A stretch of DNA of 64,000 nucleotides from Betaproteobacteria bacterium (GTDB taxonomy: Bacteria; Pseudomonadota; Gammaproteobacteria; Burkholderiales; SG8-39), in the NCBI GenBank assembly GCA_016210745.1, contig JACQTO010000176.1, forward strand, positions 6,806-70,805. The letters are read 5' to 3'. The position numbers and the translations under genes were made by a program. Under the pieces are notes generated by a model. The model did not search any database and was not told the DNA's origin. It saw nothing but the letters and a program-made list of their open reading frames with translations. Below, piece after piece: positions 21,528-31,897 of the stretch; the first letter of the stretch is position 1, and each line of letters begins with the position of its first letter.

Positions 21528-22736
21528 ATGAAGCTACCGATCTATCTCGACTATTCGGCAACAACGCCGGTCGATCCGCGCGTCGCGGAGAAGATGATCC
21601 CGTACCTCACGGAAAAATTCGGCAATCCGGCCAGCCGCTCTCATAGTTACGGATGGGAGGCGGAAAAGGCCGTCGAGGAGGCGCGCGCACATGTGGCGGC
21701 GCTTTTCAATGCCGATCCGAAGGAAATCATCTGGACATCGGGCGCTACCGAAGGCGACAACCTCGCCATCAAGGGAGCGGCGCATTTCTACAAGGGCAAG
21801 GGCAAGCACATCATCACCGTCAAGACCGAGCACAAGGCGGTGCTGGACACGGTGCGGGAATTGGAGCGCCAGGGGTTCGAGGCGACCTATCTCGATCCGG
21901 AGCCCGATGGCCTGCTGGACCTGCAGAAGTTCAAGGCGGCTATACGTCCGGACACGATCCTGGTGTCGGTCATGTACGTGAACAACGAAATCGGCGTTAT
22001 CCAGCCGATCGCCGAAATCGGCGAAATCTGCCGAGCCAAGGGGATCATTTTCCACTGCGACGCGGTGCAGGCCGCCGGCAAGGTGCCGATCGATCTGTCC
22101 CGGCTCAAGATCGATTTGATGACGGTCACGGCGCACAAGGTCTACGGCCCGAAAGGTATCGGCGCGGTCTATGTGCGCAAGAAGCCGCGCGTGCGCATTG
22201 AACCGCAAATCCACGGCGGGGGTCACGAACGCGGTATGCGCTCGGGTACGCTTCCCACGCATCAGATCGTCGGCATGGGCGAGGCATTCCGCATCGCCCG
22301 CGAGGAATTCGCAAGCGAGACAGAACGCCTTCGGGGCCTGCGCGACCGGCTGCTGAAAGGGCTGCGCGAGATCGATGAGGTCTACGTAAACGGCGACCTC
22401 GACCAGCGTGTCGCGAACAATCTGAATATCAGCTTCAACTTCGTCGAGGGCGAGTCGCTCATCATGGCGATCAAGGACATTGCCGTGTCCTCGGGATCGG
22501 CGTGCACCTCGGCCTCGCTCGAACCATCGTACGTGCTGCGTGCGCTCGGGCGGTCCGACGAACTCGCGCACAGCTCGATCCGATTCACGGTCGGCCGCTT
22601 CAACACCGAGGAGGAAATCGACTTCGCCGTCGCCCTGCTCAAGCGTAAGGTGGAAAAGCTGCGTGAACTCTCGCCTCTATGGGAGATGCACAACGAAGGC
22701 GTCGATTTGAACTCGGTGGAATGGGCGACACATTAA
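21528..22736 (+). CDS. iscS: Cysteine desulfurase IscS
   Basis: [26 protein letters not shown]. Confidence 0.98.
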   Translation: MKLPIYLDYSATTPVDPRVAEKMIPYLTEKFGNPASRSHSYGWEAEKAVEEARAHVAALFNADPKEIIWTSGATEGDNLAIKGAAHFYKGKGKHIITVKTEHKAVLDTVRELERQGFEATYLDPEPDGLLDLQKFKAAIRPDTILVSVMYVNNEIGVIQPIAEIGEICRAKGIIFHCDAVQAAGKVPIDLSRLKIDLMTVTAHKVYGPKGIGAVYVRKKPRVRIEPQIHGGGHERGMRSGTLPTHQIVGMGEAFRIAREEFASETERLRGLRDRLLKGLREIDEVYVNGDLDQRVANNLNISFNFVEGESLIMAIKDIAVSSGSACTSASLEPSYVLRALGRSDELAHSSIRFTVGRFNTEEEIDFAVALLKRKVEKLRELSPLWEMHNEGVDLNSVEWATH

Positions 22737-22740
22737 GGGC

Positions 22741-22826
22741 AGATTTGGGATTGAGGATTTAGGATTTGGGATTGAGGGATCTATGGGAATATCGCAGGGT
22801 GTTGCGTTTCCCTCAACCCTAGATCC
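22741..22826. repeat. GGATT(T/G)(A/G) heptamer array with a downstream inverted partner
   Basis: AGATTTG GGATTGA GGATTTA GGATTTG GGATTGA GGGATCT, then TCCCTCAACCCTAGATCC. Confidence 0.75.
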
Positions 22827-22850
22827 ATCCTGGGTTTAGAGGAGTCAGAC

Positions 22851-23270
22851 ATGTCATACAGCAGCAAGGTGATCGACCAGTATGAAAATCCGCGCAATGT
22901 CGGCTCTTTCGACAAAGGCGACGGGGCGGTGGGAACGGGAATGGTGGGCGCGCCTGCCTGCGGCGACGTGATGAAGCTGCAGATCAAGGTCAATGAGTCC
23001 GGTATCATCGAGGACGCCCGCTTCAAGACCTACGGCTGCGGCTCGGCGATCGCATCGAGCTCGCTCGTCACCGAGTGGGTCAAGGGCAAGTCGCTCGACC
23101 AGGCGATGGAAATCAGGAATACGCAAATTGCCGAAGAGTTGGCGCTGCCGCCGGTGAAGATCCACTGCTCGATCCTGGCGGAGGACGCCATCAAGGCGGC
23201 GATCTCCGACTACCGCAGCAAACACGGCCAGTCGCAGCCGGCAGATCAGCCGGTGTGCAAGGCGGCCTAA
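22851..23270 (+). CDS. iscU: Fe-S scaffold IscU
   Basis: GAPACGD, YGCGSAIAS, LPPVKIHC. Confidence 0.98.
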   Translation: MSYSSKVIDQYENPRNVGSFDKGDGAVGTGMVGAPACGDVMKLQIKVNESGIIEDARFKTYGCGSAIASSSLVTEWVKGKSLDQAMEIRNTQIAEELALPPVKIHCSILAEDAIKAAISDYRSKHGQSQPADQPVCKAA

Positions 23271-23297
23271 TACGCGAGACTCGGTAAGGAGGGAGAA

Positions 23298-23621
23298 ATG
23301 GCTGTTTCACTGACTGAGCGTGCGGCAAAGCGCGTGGCGGATTTCCTTGGCAAGAGAGGCAAGGGGGTGGGGCTGCGCGTGGGTGTACGTACTACGGGTT
23401 GCTCGGGGCTCGCGTACAAACTCGAATACGCCGACTCGATCAATCCCGAAGACCAGTTGTTCGAAAGCCACGGCGTCAAGGTGATCGTCGATCCCAAGAG
23501 TCTCGCCTATATGGACGGCACAGAGCTGGATTTCGAGCGTGAGGGCTTGAACGAAGGATTCAAGTTCAAGAATCCGAACGTCAAGGATCAGTGCGGTTGC
23601 GGGGAAAGCTTCAACGTCTGA
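23298..23621 (+). CDS. iscA: Fe-S assembly protein IscA
   Basis: GCSGLAY, CGCGESF. Confidence 0.98.
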   Translation: MAVSLTERAAKRVADFLGKRGKGVGLRVGVRTTGCSGLAYKLEYADSINPEDQLFESHGVKVIVDPKSLAYMDGTELDFEREGLNEGFKFKNPNVKDQCGCGESFNV

Positions 23622-23715
23622 TGGATATTGATACGTCATTCCCGCTGTTGCGAGATTGACGCCAAGGGGGTCGGCTGACAAAGGGGGTGAATGCCCCCTT
23701 TTCTACGCCAAGAGC

Positions 23716-24243
23716 ATGGCATTGCACCTGAACCAGAACTACTTCGAACTCTTCGGGCTGCCGGCGCGCTTCGCGCTCGACACGGCGGGGCTCGATCGCA
23801 GCTATCGCGAGATCCAATCGCAGATTCATCCGGACAAGTTCGCGCACGCGAGCGATGCCGATCGCCGTGCCTCGATGCAGTGGACCACTCGCGTCAATGA
23901 GGCGTACCAGACGCTCAAGTCCCCCATCGCTCGCGCGGCGTATCTGCTTGCGCTGCACGGGGTCGACACCGGACTCGAGAGCAATACCTCGATGTCGGCG
24001 GAGTTCTTGGTGACGCAAATGGGGTGGCGCGAAGCGGTCGAGGAAGCTCTGTTGGCGGCGGACACGAGCGAGCTCGAGCACTTGTCGTTGCGTCTACATG
24101 GCGAACTGGAGCGGCTCTACGGCGAGATTGCCCGGGAGATCGAGGGCAAGCCTTTGGAGGCTGCCGAGACGCTGCGCAAGCTGAAGTTTCTCGAGAAAGT
24201 CGGCGAAGACATCGGCGAGGCGCTCGAGCGCCTGGAGGCATAG
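23716..24243 (+). CDS. hscB: Co-chaperone HscB
   Basis: NYFELFGL, HPD J-domain motif. Confidence 0.96.
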   Translation: MALHLNQNYFELFGLPARFALDTAGLDRSYREIQSQIHPDKFAHASDADRRASMQWTTRVNEAYQTLKSPIARAAYLLALHGVDTGLESNTSMSAEFLVTQMGWREAVEEALLAADTSELEHLSLRLHGELERLYGEIAREIEGKPLEAAETLRKLKFLEKVGEDIGEALERLEA

Positions 24244-24372
24244 TGTTCTGTCCCGGAAAAATTGGGGTCAGAGTAACTTTTCCCCATGCATTCCCATACT
24301 GAGGAAATACGGTTGAGGAAAACTTACTCTGACCCCAATTTTATCGTCGGAATTTACAGGACAGGACACTAG
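24241..24372. mobile_element. MITE-like element (family E, IS630-like ends) enclosing family B copy B1
   Basis: Terminal inverted repeats TAGTGTTCTGTCCCGGAAA and ATTTACAGGACAGGACACTAG; a solo end occurs at 31898-31919. Confidence 0.6.
24258..24342. repeat. Repeat family B copy B1 (variant)
   Basis: AAAATTGGGGTCAGAGTAACTTTTCC...GGAAAACTTACTCTGACCCCAATTTT. Confidence 0.9.
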
Positions 24373-24374
24373 CG

Positions 24375-26255
24375 ATGTCGTTGCTTCAAATCGCCGAGCC
24401 CGGGGATTCGACTGAACCGCACCAGCACCGAATTGCCGTCGGCATCGATCTGGGAACTACGAATTCGCTCGTCGGAGCTGTCCGCAACGGCATTCCCGTC
24501 GTGCTCAACGACGACGATGGCCACCCTTTGCTGCCCTCCATGGTGCGCTACCTGCGCGACGGTGGTGTGCAAGTCGGATTCCCGGCCCAGACGCAACTGG
24601 CGCGCGATCCGAGAAACACCATTGTCTCGGTCAAGCGTTTCATGGGCCGCGGGCTGAAAGACGTCGCCCATATCGAGAACTGTCCCTACGATTTTGTCGA
24701 CGAGCCGGGCATGCTGAAGATCCGTACAGCCGCGGGGGTCCGCAGTCCGGTCGAGATATCCGCCGAGATTCTCAGGGTGCTGCGGGCGCGGGCGGAAGAG
24801 GCCCTGATCGGGCGTTCGGGCGGAGCACTCACTGGCGCTGTAGTGACGGTTCCGGCCTATTTCGACGAGGCGCAACGCCAAGCCACCCGGGATGCGGCGA
24901 CGCTGGCCGGTTTGAACGTGCTGCGCCTGCTGAACGAGCCGACGGCCGCGGCAATCGCCTATGGTCTGGACAATGCCTCCGAAGGCATCTACGCGGTCTA
25001 CGACCTCGGGGGCGGCACGTTCGACATCTCCATTCTCAGGCTTTCCAAGGGCGTGTTCGAGGTCATGGCCACCAACGGCGACGCTGCGCTTGGCGGCGAT
25101 GATTTCGATCAGCGCCTGTATTGCGCTCTGGTCGAGAAACGGGGGCTTTCCATGCTCTCGGCCGAGGATACACGAGCACTGCTTACCAAGTCGCGCGAAG
25201 CAAAGGAACTTCTCACCAGTCAAACCGAGGTGCACGTCACCGCCAAGCTCGCCGTCGGCGAAAGCGTCGACCTGCGGGTTACCCAGGAAGAATTCTGGGG
25301 CGTTACGCGCCATTTGGTCGAGAAGACGCTCGCGCCCACAAGAAAGGCGCTGCGCGACGCACATTTGCGCGTCGCCGATGTGAAAGGCGTGGTTATGGTG
25401 GGCGGCGCAACGCGCATGCCGCACGTGCAGCAGGCGGTAGGCGAGTTCTTCAAACAGGCTCCGCTCAACAACCTCGATCCCGACAAGGTGGTGGCGCTCG
25501 GCGCAGCGATCCAGGCCAACGTGCTTGCGGGCAACAAGCCGGCGGGCGATGACTGGCTCCTGCTTGACGTGATTCCGCTCTCGCTCGGCATCGAGACCAT
25601 GGGCGGGCTGGTCGAGCGCGTGATCGCCCGCAACTCGACCATTCCCACGGCGCGCGCGCAGGAGTTTACGACCTTTCGCGACGGACAGTCCGCGATGAGC
25701 ATTCATGTGGTGCAAGGCGAGCGCGAGCTGGTCTCCGATTGCCGTTCGCTCGCGAAGTTCGAGCTGCGCGGAATTCCGCCGATGGCGGCCGGCGCGGCGC
25801 GCATTCGCGTTACCTTCCAGGTCGATGCCGATGGCCTCCTATCGGTGGCGGCGCGCGAGGCGACCACCGGCGTTGAGTCCGCGGTCACGGTCAAACCTTC
25901 GTACGGACTCAGCGACGATCAGATCGCCCAGATGCTCAAGGACTCTATCGACCACGCGCGTGAAGACGTGCAGTTGCGCACCCTGCACGAGCAGCGGGTG
26001 GAGGGCGAGCGCATGATCGAAGCGACGGAATCCGCTCTGCGCGAGGATGCGGACCTGCTGTCGGGCGAGGAGCGGGAGGCGATCCGATCGGCGATCGAGA
26101 CCCTCAAGCGGCTGGTCGCGGGCGACGATCACCGATCGATCAAGGCGCAGGTGGAGCGGCTCAATCGCATCACCGAGCCTTTTGCGGGGCGGCGCATGGA
26201 TCGGATCATCAAGGGGGCGCTCACCGGCAAGAATGTCGCCACGCTGAGGCGATGA
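24375..26255 (+). CDS. hscA: Fe-S chaperone HscA
   Basis: [27 protein letters not shown]; position in the isc operon. Confidence 0.97.
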   Translation: MSLLQIAEPGDSTEPHQHRIAVGIDLGTTNSLVGAVRNGIPVVLNDDDGHPLLPSMVRYLRDGGVQVGFPAQTQLARDPRNTIVSVKRFMGRGLKDVAHIENCPYDFVDEPGMLKIRTAAGVRSPVEISAEILRVLRARAEEALIGRSGGALTGAVVTVPAYFDEAQRQATRDAATLAGLNVLRLLNEPTAAAIAYGLDNASEGIYAVYDLGGGTFDISILRLSKGVFEVMATNGDAALGGDDFDQRLYCALVEKRGLSMLSAEDTRALLTKSREAKELLTSQTEVHVTAKLAVGESVDLRVTQEEFWGVTRHLVEKTLAPTRKALRDAHLRVADVKGVVMVGGATRMPHVQQAVGEFFKQAPLNNLDPDKVVALGAAIQANVLAGNKPAGDDWLLLDVIPLSLGIETMGGLVERVIARNSTIPTARAQEFTTFRDGQSAMSIHVVQGERELVSDCRSLAKFELRGIPPMAAGAARIRVTFQVDADGLLSVAAREATTGVESAVTVKPSYGLSDDQIAQMLKDSIDHAREDVQLRTLHEQRVEGERMIEATESALREDADLLSGEEREAIRSAIETLKRLVAGDDHRSIKAQVERLNRITEPFAGRRMDRIIKGALTGKNVATLRR

Positions 26256-26596
26256 TGCCGAAAATCAAGGTACTTCCCCATCCGCAGTTGTGCCCGCAAG
26301 GGGCGAGCGTGCAAGCACAGACGGGAAAGAGCATCCTCGATAATCTGCTCCAGAGCGGTATCGATGTCGAACACGCGTGCGAGAAGTCGTGCGCCTGCAC
26401 CACCTGTCACGTTATCGTGCGAGAGGGCCTGGACTCGCTGCTGGACGCCGAGGAAAAGGAAGAGGACATGCTGGACAAGGCCTGGGGACTGGAACCCACC
26501 TCGCGCCTGTCCTGTCAGGCGGTGGTGCAGGATGGCGATCTGGTCATCGAGATCCCGAAATACACCATCAACATGGTCTCGGAGGGCAAACACTGA
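26252..26596 (+). CDS. fdx: ISC 2Fe-2S ferredoxin
   Basis: [19 protein letters not shown]. Confidence 0.97.
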   Translation: MMPKIKVLPHPQLCPQGASVQAQTGKSILDNLLQSGIDVEHACEKSCACTTCHVIVREGLDSLLDAEEKEEDMLDKAWGLEPTSRLSCQAVVQDGDLVIEIPKYTINMVSEGKH

Positions 26597-26790
26597 TGAA
26601 ATGGACCGACACTCTCGACATCGCCATTGCATTGGCTGAAAAGCATCCCGACATCGACCCGAAGACCATCCGCTTCACCGACCTGTTCAATTGGGTTCGG
26701 GATCTCGATGGCTTCAACGACGATGCGAAGCATTGCGGCGAGAAGATCCTGGAAGCGATCCAGATGGCTTGGATCGACGAGGTCAGCTAG
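26596..26790 (+). CDS. iscX: Fe-S assembly protein IscX
   Basis: [13 protein letters not shown]...IRFTDL...EKILEAIQMAWIDE. Confidence 0.95.
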   Translation: MKWTDTLDIAIALAEKHPDIDPKTIRFTDLFNWVRDLDGFNDDAKHCGEKILEAIQMAWIDEVS

Positions 26791-26800
26791 GATTCAGGAT

Positions 26801-26944
26801 TTGGTCACTTACAAGTCTACTGTTGACAAATTTGGCGAAGATTTGGTTTCTAAATTCGTCTCCCCTTTTCGTGCAGTTGCACGCATCTGCACAAAAAGGG
26901 GAGATTGATAAACGGCAAGACCAGCTTCCTTGATTCGGGCTTAG
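26801..26944 (+). repeat. Repeat family A copy A5, inside a GGATTYA heptamer array
   Basis: TTGG-TCACTTAC...stem 26859-26904 (2 mismatches)...CGGGC-TTAG. Confidence 0.92.
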
Positions 26945-27065
26945 GATTTAGGATCTAGGAATGCGGGGCCGTGCTTCGCGCGGCTAATTTCGCTAAATCC
27001 TGAATCCTGATTTCCCGCAGGACTTGGAGGGCGACCGGGTTGCCGGTACTATCCGGTCCATGAGC

Positions 27066-27148
27066 AAAATGGGGTCAGAGTAACATTTCCCAAACGCATG
27101 GAACCAGCGCGGCATCGCTCTTATGAAATGTTACTCTGACCCCATTTT
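27066..27148 (+). repeat. Repeat family B copy B2
   Basis: 24-bp inverted arms AAAATGGGGTCAGAGTAACATTTC / GAAATGTTACTCTGACCCCATTTT; flanked by CCATGAGC direct repeats. Confidence 0.93.
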
Positions 27149-27151
27149 GCC

Positions 27152-29698
27152 ATGAGCCGCTTGCTCGACCAACTCAAGCGTGCCGAACGCGAACGCGACA
27201 AGGGCGACGGGGGCAAGAAATCGGGGACATCCTCGCCGGCGGGATCCGCCGCTCGCGACGGCGCGCGACCGACCAAACACGGCGAATTAGCCAAGGCAGG
27301 AAAGACCGAACTCGCGGCGCGCATCGATTCGGAGCGGAGCACGGAACGGGCTGCTCGCGATCAAAGACATGCCGCGGCGAAAGCCGAGGAGGAAGCGCGC
27401 GCGTTGGGCGAGATGGAAATCAAACTCGCCGCGGAGGCAAGGAAGCGGACCGACGCGGAGCGCGAAGCCTCGGAGCGAATCAAGTCGCAGATCGCGGCGG
27501 AGCAGGAAACGAAAGCGCTGGCGGAGTCCAGGGCCCGCGCCGAGGCCGCTGGAGCCGAGGCACAGACTGCGCGGCTCGAGGCCGAAAAGCGGCTCGCTGC
27601 CGAGATGCGTGCACGCGAAGCGTCCGAGCGCGACGCAAGGACCGCCGCCGAGGAGAGGGCGCGAATCGAGCAGGATGCGATTGCTCAATGCCGCATTCGC
27701 GAGGAGGCGGAGCGCCGGCTGCGTGAAGCGGTGGAGGGGCGCGCCCGGGCCGAATCAGCAGCGCTTGCTCTGGCTCGCGAACGCAGTGCGGCGGAGGCTG
27801 CTGCTGCCGGTGAAGCCGAGGGGCGGGCTCGCGCCGAACAGGAGGCGGAGTCTCTGGCGCGCGAACGCGAGCGGGCGGAAGCAGAGGCCGAGGCGCAGGG
27901 GCGCGAGCGCTTGGCGATCGAGCAGGCTGCGCTCAAGGCGGCGCTTGCGCGCCGAGAACAGGTTGCGCGTACGGATGAAGTTGCCGCAATGCATCGTGCC
28001 ACCAAGCAGGAAGTAGCCACGGCAGCGGCGGTGCGACTCGCGGCGGAAACCGAAGCCGAAACATTGGCGCTGCAGGCTGCCAGCGAAGAGCGCGAGTTGT
28101 TGGCCAAGGCCAAGACCAAATTCGAGGAAGAGGCGGCGATCGCTGCCCAGGTGGAATTGCGCCGCGAGGCCGAGCGCGAAAGACTCAAGGTGGCGCGCGA
28201 ACGCGAGCGTGGCGAGGCCAAGGCGTGGGCGAAGATGCAGCAACGGCTCGCGGCCGAACAGGAAGCCGAATCGCTGGCAAAAGAGCGCGCGGAGGCCGAA
28301 AGGAGCGCGCGCAATCTGGCTGAATCACGCTCACAGGCCGAGCACGCCGCGAAGGAGGCGATCAAGACGCGAGCACAGGCCGACACCGAGGCAACTGCGC
28401 AAGCCGAAGCGCGCGCAGCGGCGGAGCAAGCTTTGGCAGGGGCGGCCCTTGAACGACAGCGCGCCGCGGAGCAAGCGTGTGTCATGGCCGAGGCGCGCAG
28501 CGCTGCGGAGGCCGAAGCTGCTGCGGCGATTGCGGCGCGGGCGCAGGCAGAGGCCGATGCCGAGGGCAGAGCCCTCGCACGAGCGCACGCCGAGGCGGAG
28601 GAGGAGAAACTTGCCCGAATGCGCGCCGAGCAGGAGACTCAATTGCGCGCCCAGATGGAGGCGCGAGCCGCGGCAGAGCGCGAATTGATGGCAAAGGTCC
28701 AGGCGCGCAGCGCCGCGCAACTTGCGTTGCCGGACCAGACCGAAGCGAGAGTGCAGGCCGACAAGGCGGCAGCCGAGGCGCATGCCGCGAGGATCGAGGC
28801 GGAACAGCAGTTGTTGATCCAGGCAAGGGCGCGCGAGGCAGCCGAGATCGAAGCGGCGACGGTTGCGGCGCAATGCTCCCAGCGAGAACGCGAGGCGATC
28901 GCGGCTGCTGCCGAGCGCGAGGAGGCCGACCGTGCTCTGGCAGAGGCGGTGCGCCGGCGTGGTGAAGCTGAAACGGAGCAAACCGATTTCGCGCGGGAAC
29001 GGGCCCACGCGGAAGCACGCGCGGTCGAGCAGGCGCGGGCGCATGCCGAGGCGCAGGCCCTGGCGCGGGAGGCAGCGCTCGCTCGCGAGGCGGCGGAGCG
29101 TGAGGCCGAAGCGAGCGCTCATGCGAGGCTCGAGGCGGAGTCCGCGGCGCTCGATGCGGCGCAAGCTGCCGCAGCGGCGCTTGAGCGCGAGGGCGCCCTT
29201 GCCGAAGACCGGGCGTCGACGGAAGCGCGATCGATCGAAAAAGCGCGCGCGCGCCTGGCCGCGGAGCAAAGACGCGCCGCCGCCATGGAGACGAAAGAGA
29301 AGGCGGAGGAGACGGCGCTACGCTTGTTCCAAGAGCGCGCACAATTGGAGTCGGAGGCTGCCGCGGCGCGCGCAGCGGCGCGGACGGCAAGCTCGGGAAC
29401 CAGTCAGGCAAAGCGCGCGCGCAGGGCGCTTGTGATTGCACGCCTGGCCGGCAGACTGCGCGTCCCGGTGGCATCGGCGCTGCTCGCACTGGCGCTCGGA
29501 TACGCGGCGGGCAACTGGCAATCGGGTCTTGAAGGCGAACGAACTATCGCTTCTAACCCGCAAGCGGAACAAGCCCAGCGTGCGGCCGCGCCGATTGCCC
29601 AATCGGAAGCGTCAGGCAAGGCTGCGCTTGCCCTCAGGCTGGATGCCGACGCCGCAGCTTTCGCGCGTCGCGCGGGCGGCAAAATGGGGTCAGAGTAA
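27152..29698 (+). CDS. Ala/Glu/Arg-rich long coiled-coil protein with a C-terminal TM helix, function unknown
   Basis: 848 aa, 14-residue periodicity, hydrophobic segment VPVASALLALALGYAAG near the C-terminus; stop codon lies inside repeat B3. Confidence 0.8.
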   Translation: MSRLLDQLKRAERERDKGDGGKKSGTSSPAGSAARDGARPTKHGELAKAGKTELAARIDSERSTERAARDQRHAAAKAEEEARALGEMEIKLAAEARKRTDAEREASERIKSQIAAEQETKALAESRARAEAAGAEAQTARLEAEKRLAAEMRAREASERDARTAAEERARIEQDAIAQCRIREEAERRLREAVEGRARAESAALALARERSAAEAAAAGEAEGRARAEQEAESLARERERAEAEAEAQGRERLAIEQAALKAALARREQVARTDEVAAMHRATKQEVATAAAVRLAAETEAETLALQAASEERELLAKAKTKFEEEAAIAAQVELRREAERERLKVARERERGEAKAWAKMQQRLAAEQEAESLAKERAEAERSARNLAESRSQAEHAAKEAIKTRAQADTEATAQAEARAAAEQALAGAALERQRAAEQACVMAEARSAAEAEAAAAIAARAQAEADAEGRALARAHAEAEEEKLARMRAEQETQLRAQMEARAAAERELMAKVQARSAAQLALPDQTEARVQADKAAAEAHAARIEAEQQLLIQARAREAAEIEAATVAAQCSQREREAIAAAAEREEADRALAEAVRRRGEAETEQTDFARERAHAEARAVEQARAHAEAQALAREAALAREAAEREAEASAHARLEAESAALDAAQAAAAALEREGALAEDRASTEARSIEKARARLAAEQRRAAAMETKEKAEETALRLFQERAQLESEAAAARAAARTASSGTSQAKRARRALVIARLAGRLRVPVASALLALALGYAAGNWQSGLEGERTIASNPQAEQAQRAAAPIAQSEASGKAALALRLDADAAAFARRAGGKMGSE

Positions 29699-29763
29699 CA
29701 TTTCCAAAACGTACCGAACCAACGCGGCTTTGCGTTAGCGAAATGTTACTCTGACCCCATTTT
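29681..29763 (+). repeat. Repeat family B copy B3
   Basis: Same 24-bp arms; spacer related to that of B2 and in the same orientation. Confidence 0.93.
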
Positions 29764-29800
29764 GCAAAAAGGGGGAGATTGATAAAAGGCAAAACCGCCT
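29764..29800 (+). repeat. Right-half fragment of repeat family A
   Basis: GCAAAAAGGGGGAGATTGATAAAAGGCAAAACC abutting B3. Confidence 0.75.
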
Positions 29801-29801
29801 T

Positions 29802-31187
29802 TTACTGTGATTCCATCACCGAAGCTTCCATCACCGAAGGCAGTCCGGCAAGAGCCATCGCCAATTCGCTCTCGTCGTAGGCGAGATCCTTCAGGTTTCC
29901 CGCGAAGTAATCGATGTACGCCTGCATGTCGAAGTGGCCGTGGCCGCACAGGTTGAACAGGATCGTTTTCGCTTTGCCTTCCTCGCGGCAACGTATCGCT
30001 TCGTCGATGGCGCCGCGCACTGCGTGATTGGCTTCAGGCGCGGGCACGATCCCCTCGGTTCGCGCGAATTGAACGCCGGCCTCGAAGCATTTCATTTGCG
30101 TGTAGGCCACTGCTTCCATCAGGCCTAGCTCCTTGATATGCGAGACCATCGGCGCCATGCCGTGGTAACGAAGCCCGCCGGCGTGGAATCCGGGCGGGGT
30201 AAAGGTCGAGCCGAGGGTGTGCATCTTCACCAGAGGCGTGAGATGCGCGGTATCGCCGAAATCGAATGCATACTTGCCGCGGGTGAGGCTGGGGCAGGCC
30301 GAGGGCTCGACAGCGACGATGCGGACCTTCTTGCCGCCACGAAGCTGGGCGCCCAAAAACGGAAACACGATACCGGCAAAATTCGATCCGCCGCCGGTGC
30401 AGCCTACGATGATGTCGGGATAGTCGCCCGCCATGTCCATCTGCGCCATCGCTTCCTGACCGATGATGGTCTGGTGCGTCAGCACGTGGTTCAGCACCGA
30501 ACCCAGCGAGTACTTGGTGTCCTCGTTCTGTGCAGCCACCTCCACGGCTTCGGAGATGGCGATGCCGAGGCTCCCGGGATGGTCCGCCCGCTGGGCTAGA
30601 ATCGCCCGGCCCGACTGAGTCTCATTCGAAGGCGAGGGGATACAGGTCGCGCCGTAGGTTTCCATGAGCGCTCGGCGATAAGGCTTCTGGTTGTACGAAA
30701 TGCGCACCATGAATACCTTCACTTCGAGGCCGAAAATCTGTCCCGCGAAGGAAAGCGCCGATCCCCACTGGCCGGCGCCGGTCTCGGTGGTCAATTTCTT
30801 GACTCCCGCGTCCTTGTTGTAGAAGGCCTGCGCGACCGCGGTATTCGGCTTGTGGCTGCCTGCCGGACTCACACCCTCGTACTTGTAGTAGATCTTGGCC
30901 GGAGTCTGCAGCGCTTTTTCCAGGCGCCGGGCGCGGTAAAGCGGCGACGGACGCCACTGCCGGTAGACGTCGCGAACCGGTTGTGGAATCTCGATCTGGC
31001 GCTCCGTGGATACCTCCTGCATGATCAGCTCGGTAGGAAACAGGGGCGCGAGGTCGGCCGGTCCAATCGGCTGGTGCGTGCCCGGATGCAGTACTGGAGG
31101 CGGCGGCTTGGGCAGGTCGGCGGCGATGTTGTACCAGAATTTCGGGATGCGGCTCTCGTCGAGCACGTATTTGATTTGATCGGACAT
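29802..31187 (-). CDS. TrpB-like PLP-dependent enzyme (TrpB2)
   Basis: [40 protein letters not shown]; stand-alone, no trpA nearby. Confidence 0.93.
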   Translation of the reverse strand: MSDQIKYVLDESRIPKFWYNIAADLPKPPPPVLHPGTHQPIGPADLAPLFPTELIMQEVSTERQIEIPQPVRDVYRQWRPSPLYRARRLEKALQTPAKIYYKYEGVSPAGSHKPNTAVAQAFYNKDAGVKKLTTETGAGQWGSALSFAGQIFGLEVKVFMVRISYNQKPYRRALMETYGATCIPSPSNETQSGRAILAQRADHPGSLGIAISEAVEVAAQNEDTKYSLGSVLNHVLTHQTIIGQEAMAQMDMAGDYPDIIVGCTGGGSNFAGIVFPFLGAQLRGGKKVRIVAVEPSACPSLTRGKYAFDFGDTAHLTPLVKMHTLGSTFTPPGFHAGGLRYHGMAPMVSHIKELGLMEAVAYTQMKCFEAGVQFARTEGIVPAPEANHAVRGAIDEAIRCREEGKAKTILFNLCGHGHFDMQAYIDYFAGNLKDLAYDESELAMALAGLPSVMEASVMESQ

Positions 31188-31436
31188 TCTTAGTCTCCGT
31201 AAGCCGGTGAAAGCAAGACGCATCTTGCGAAACGCGAAGACTACGCGAGTCGTGGCGCGAAGGCAACGCAAGGCGGCTGAGCAAGGCGTTTACTCAAGCC
31301 GGGCCCTCGGGGAAGATTTACGCTAGCATCGCGGTACGCGACGCGCGAGCCCGCGCTCGATGGGCTGGTCCGGCAGCCGAAGCGCACATTGGGTGCGATT
31401 CAAGTCCAGTTGCAGCAGCGAAGAACAAGGAGAAAC

Positions 31437-31844
31437 ATGCTTTCGTATTCCCCTGGATCATTTCGCAGCAAGTTTATTTCGCAGCGGTTCGCAGGCATTG
31501 CCGCGGCAATTGTCGCCGCCGCGACATTGTTGGCCGGCTGCGCAGGCGGCGGCTGGTGGCCCTGGGGCGAGGGCTCGGGCGGCGAGGTGCCGCGAATCGC
31601 TCCCGGGGCGAAGTACTACGCCTGCGAGGCCGGAAAGAAGCTGATCGTCCGATACGGTGCTGACAACAGATACGCGATGATCATTTTCCCGGAGCGCGAG
31701 TTTCGCCTCGATGCCGAGGGCTCGACCGCCGGATCGAAATTCAGCAACGGGCGCACCGTGCTCTCGACCAGCGGGGATGAAGCCATGCTCGAAGAGGCGG
31801 GCACGGTGCTGTTCGCCAAGTGCAAACCGGAACCCGGGGCGTAA
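31437..31844 (+). CDS. Lipoprotein with MliC-like domain
   Basis: AAGGAG RBS; lipobox LAGC; two Cys and a TAGSKFS motif resembling the MliC SGxRY motif. Confidence 0.65.
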   Translation: MLSYSPGSFRSKFISQRFAGIAAAIVAAATLLAGCAGGGWWPWGEGSGGEVPRIAPGAKYYACEAGKKLIVRYGADNRYAMIIFPEREFRLDAEGSTAGSKFSNGRTVLSTSGDEAMLEEAGTVLFAKCKPEPGA

Positions 31845-31897
31845 TCGAAAAGTTGCCGCCGTTTGACCTGCGACAACTGCGGATCAGTCGTTGACCG

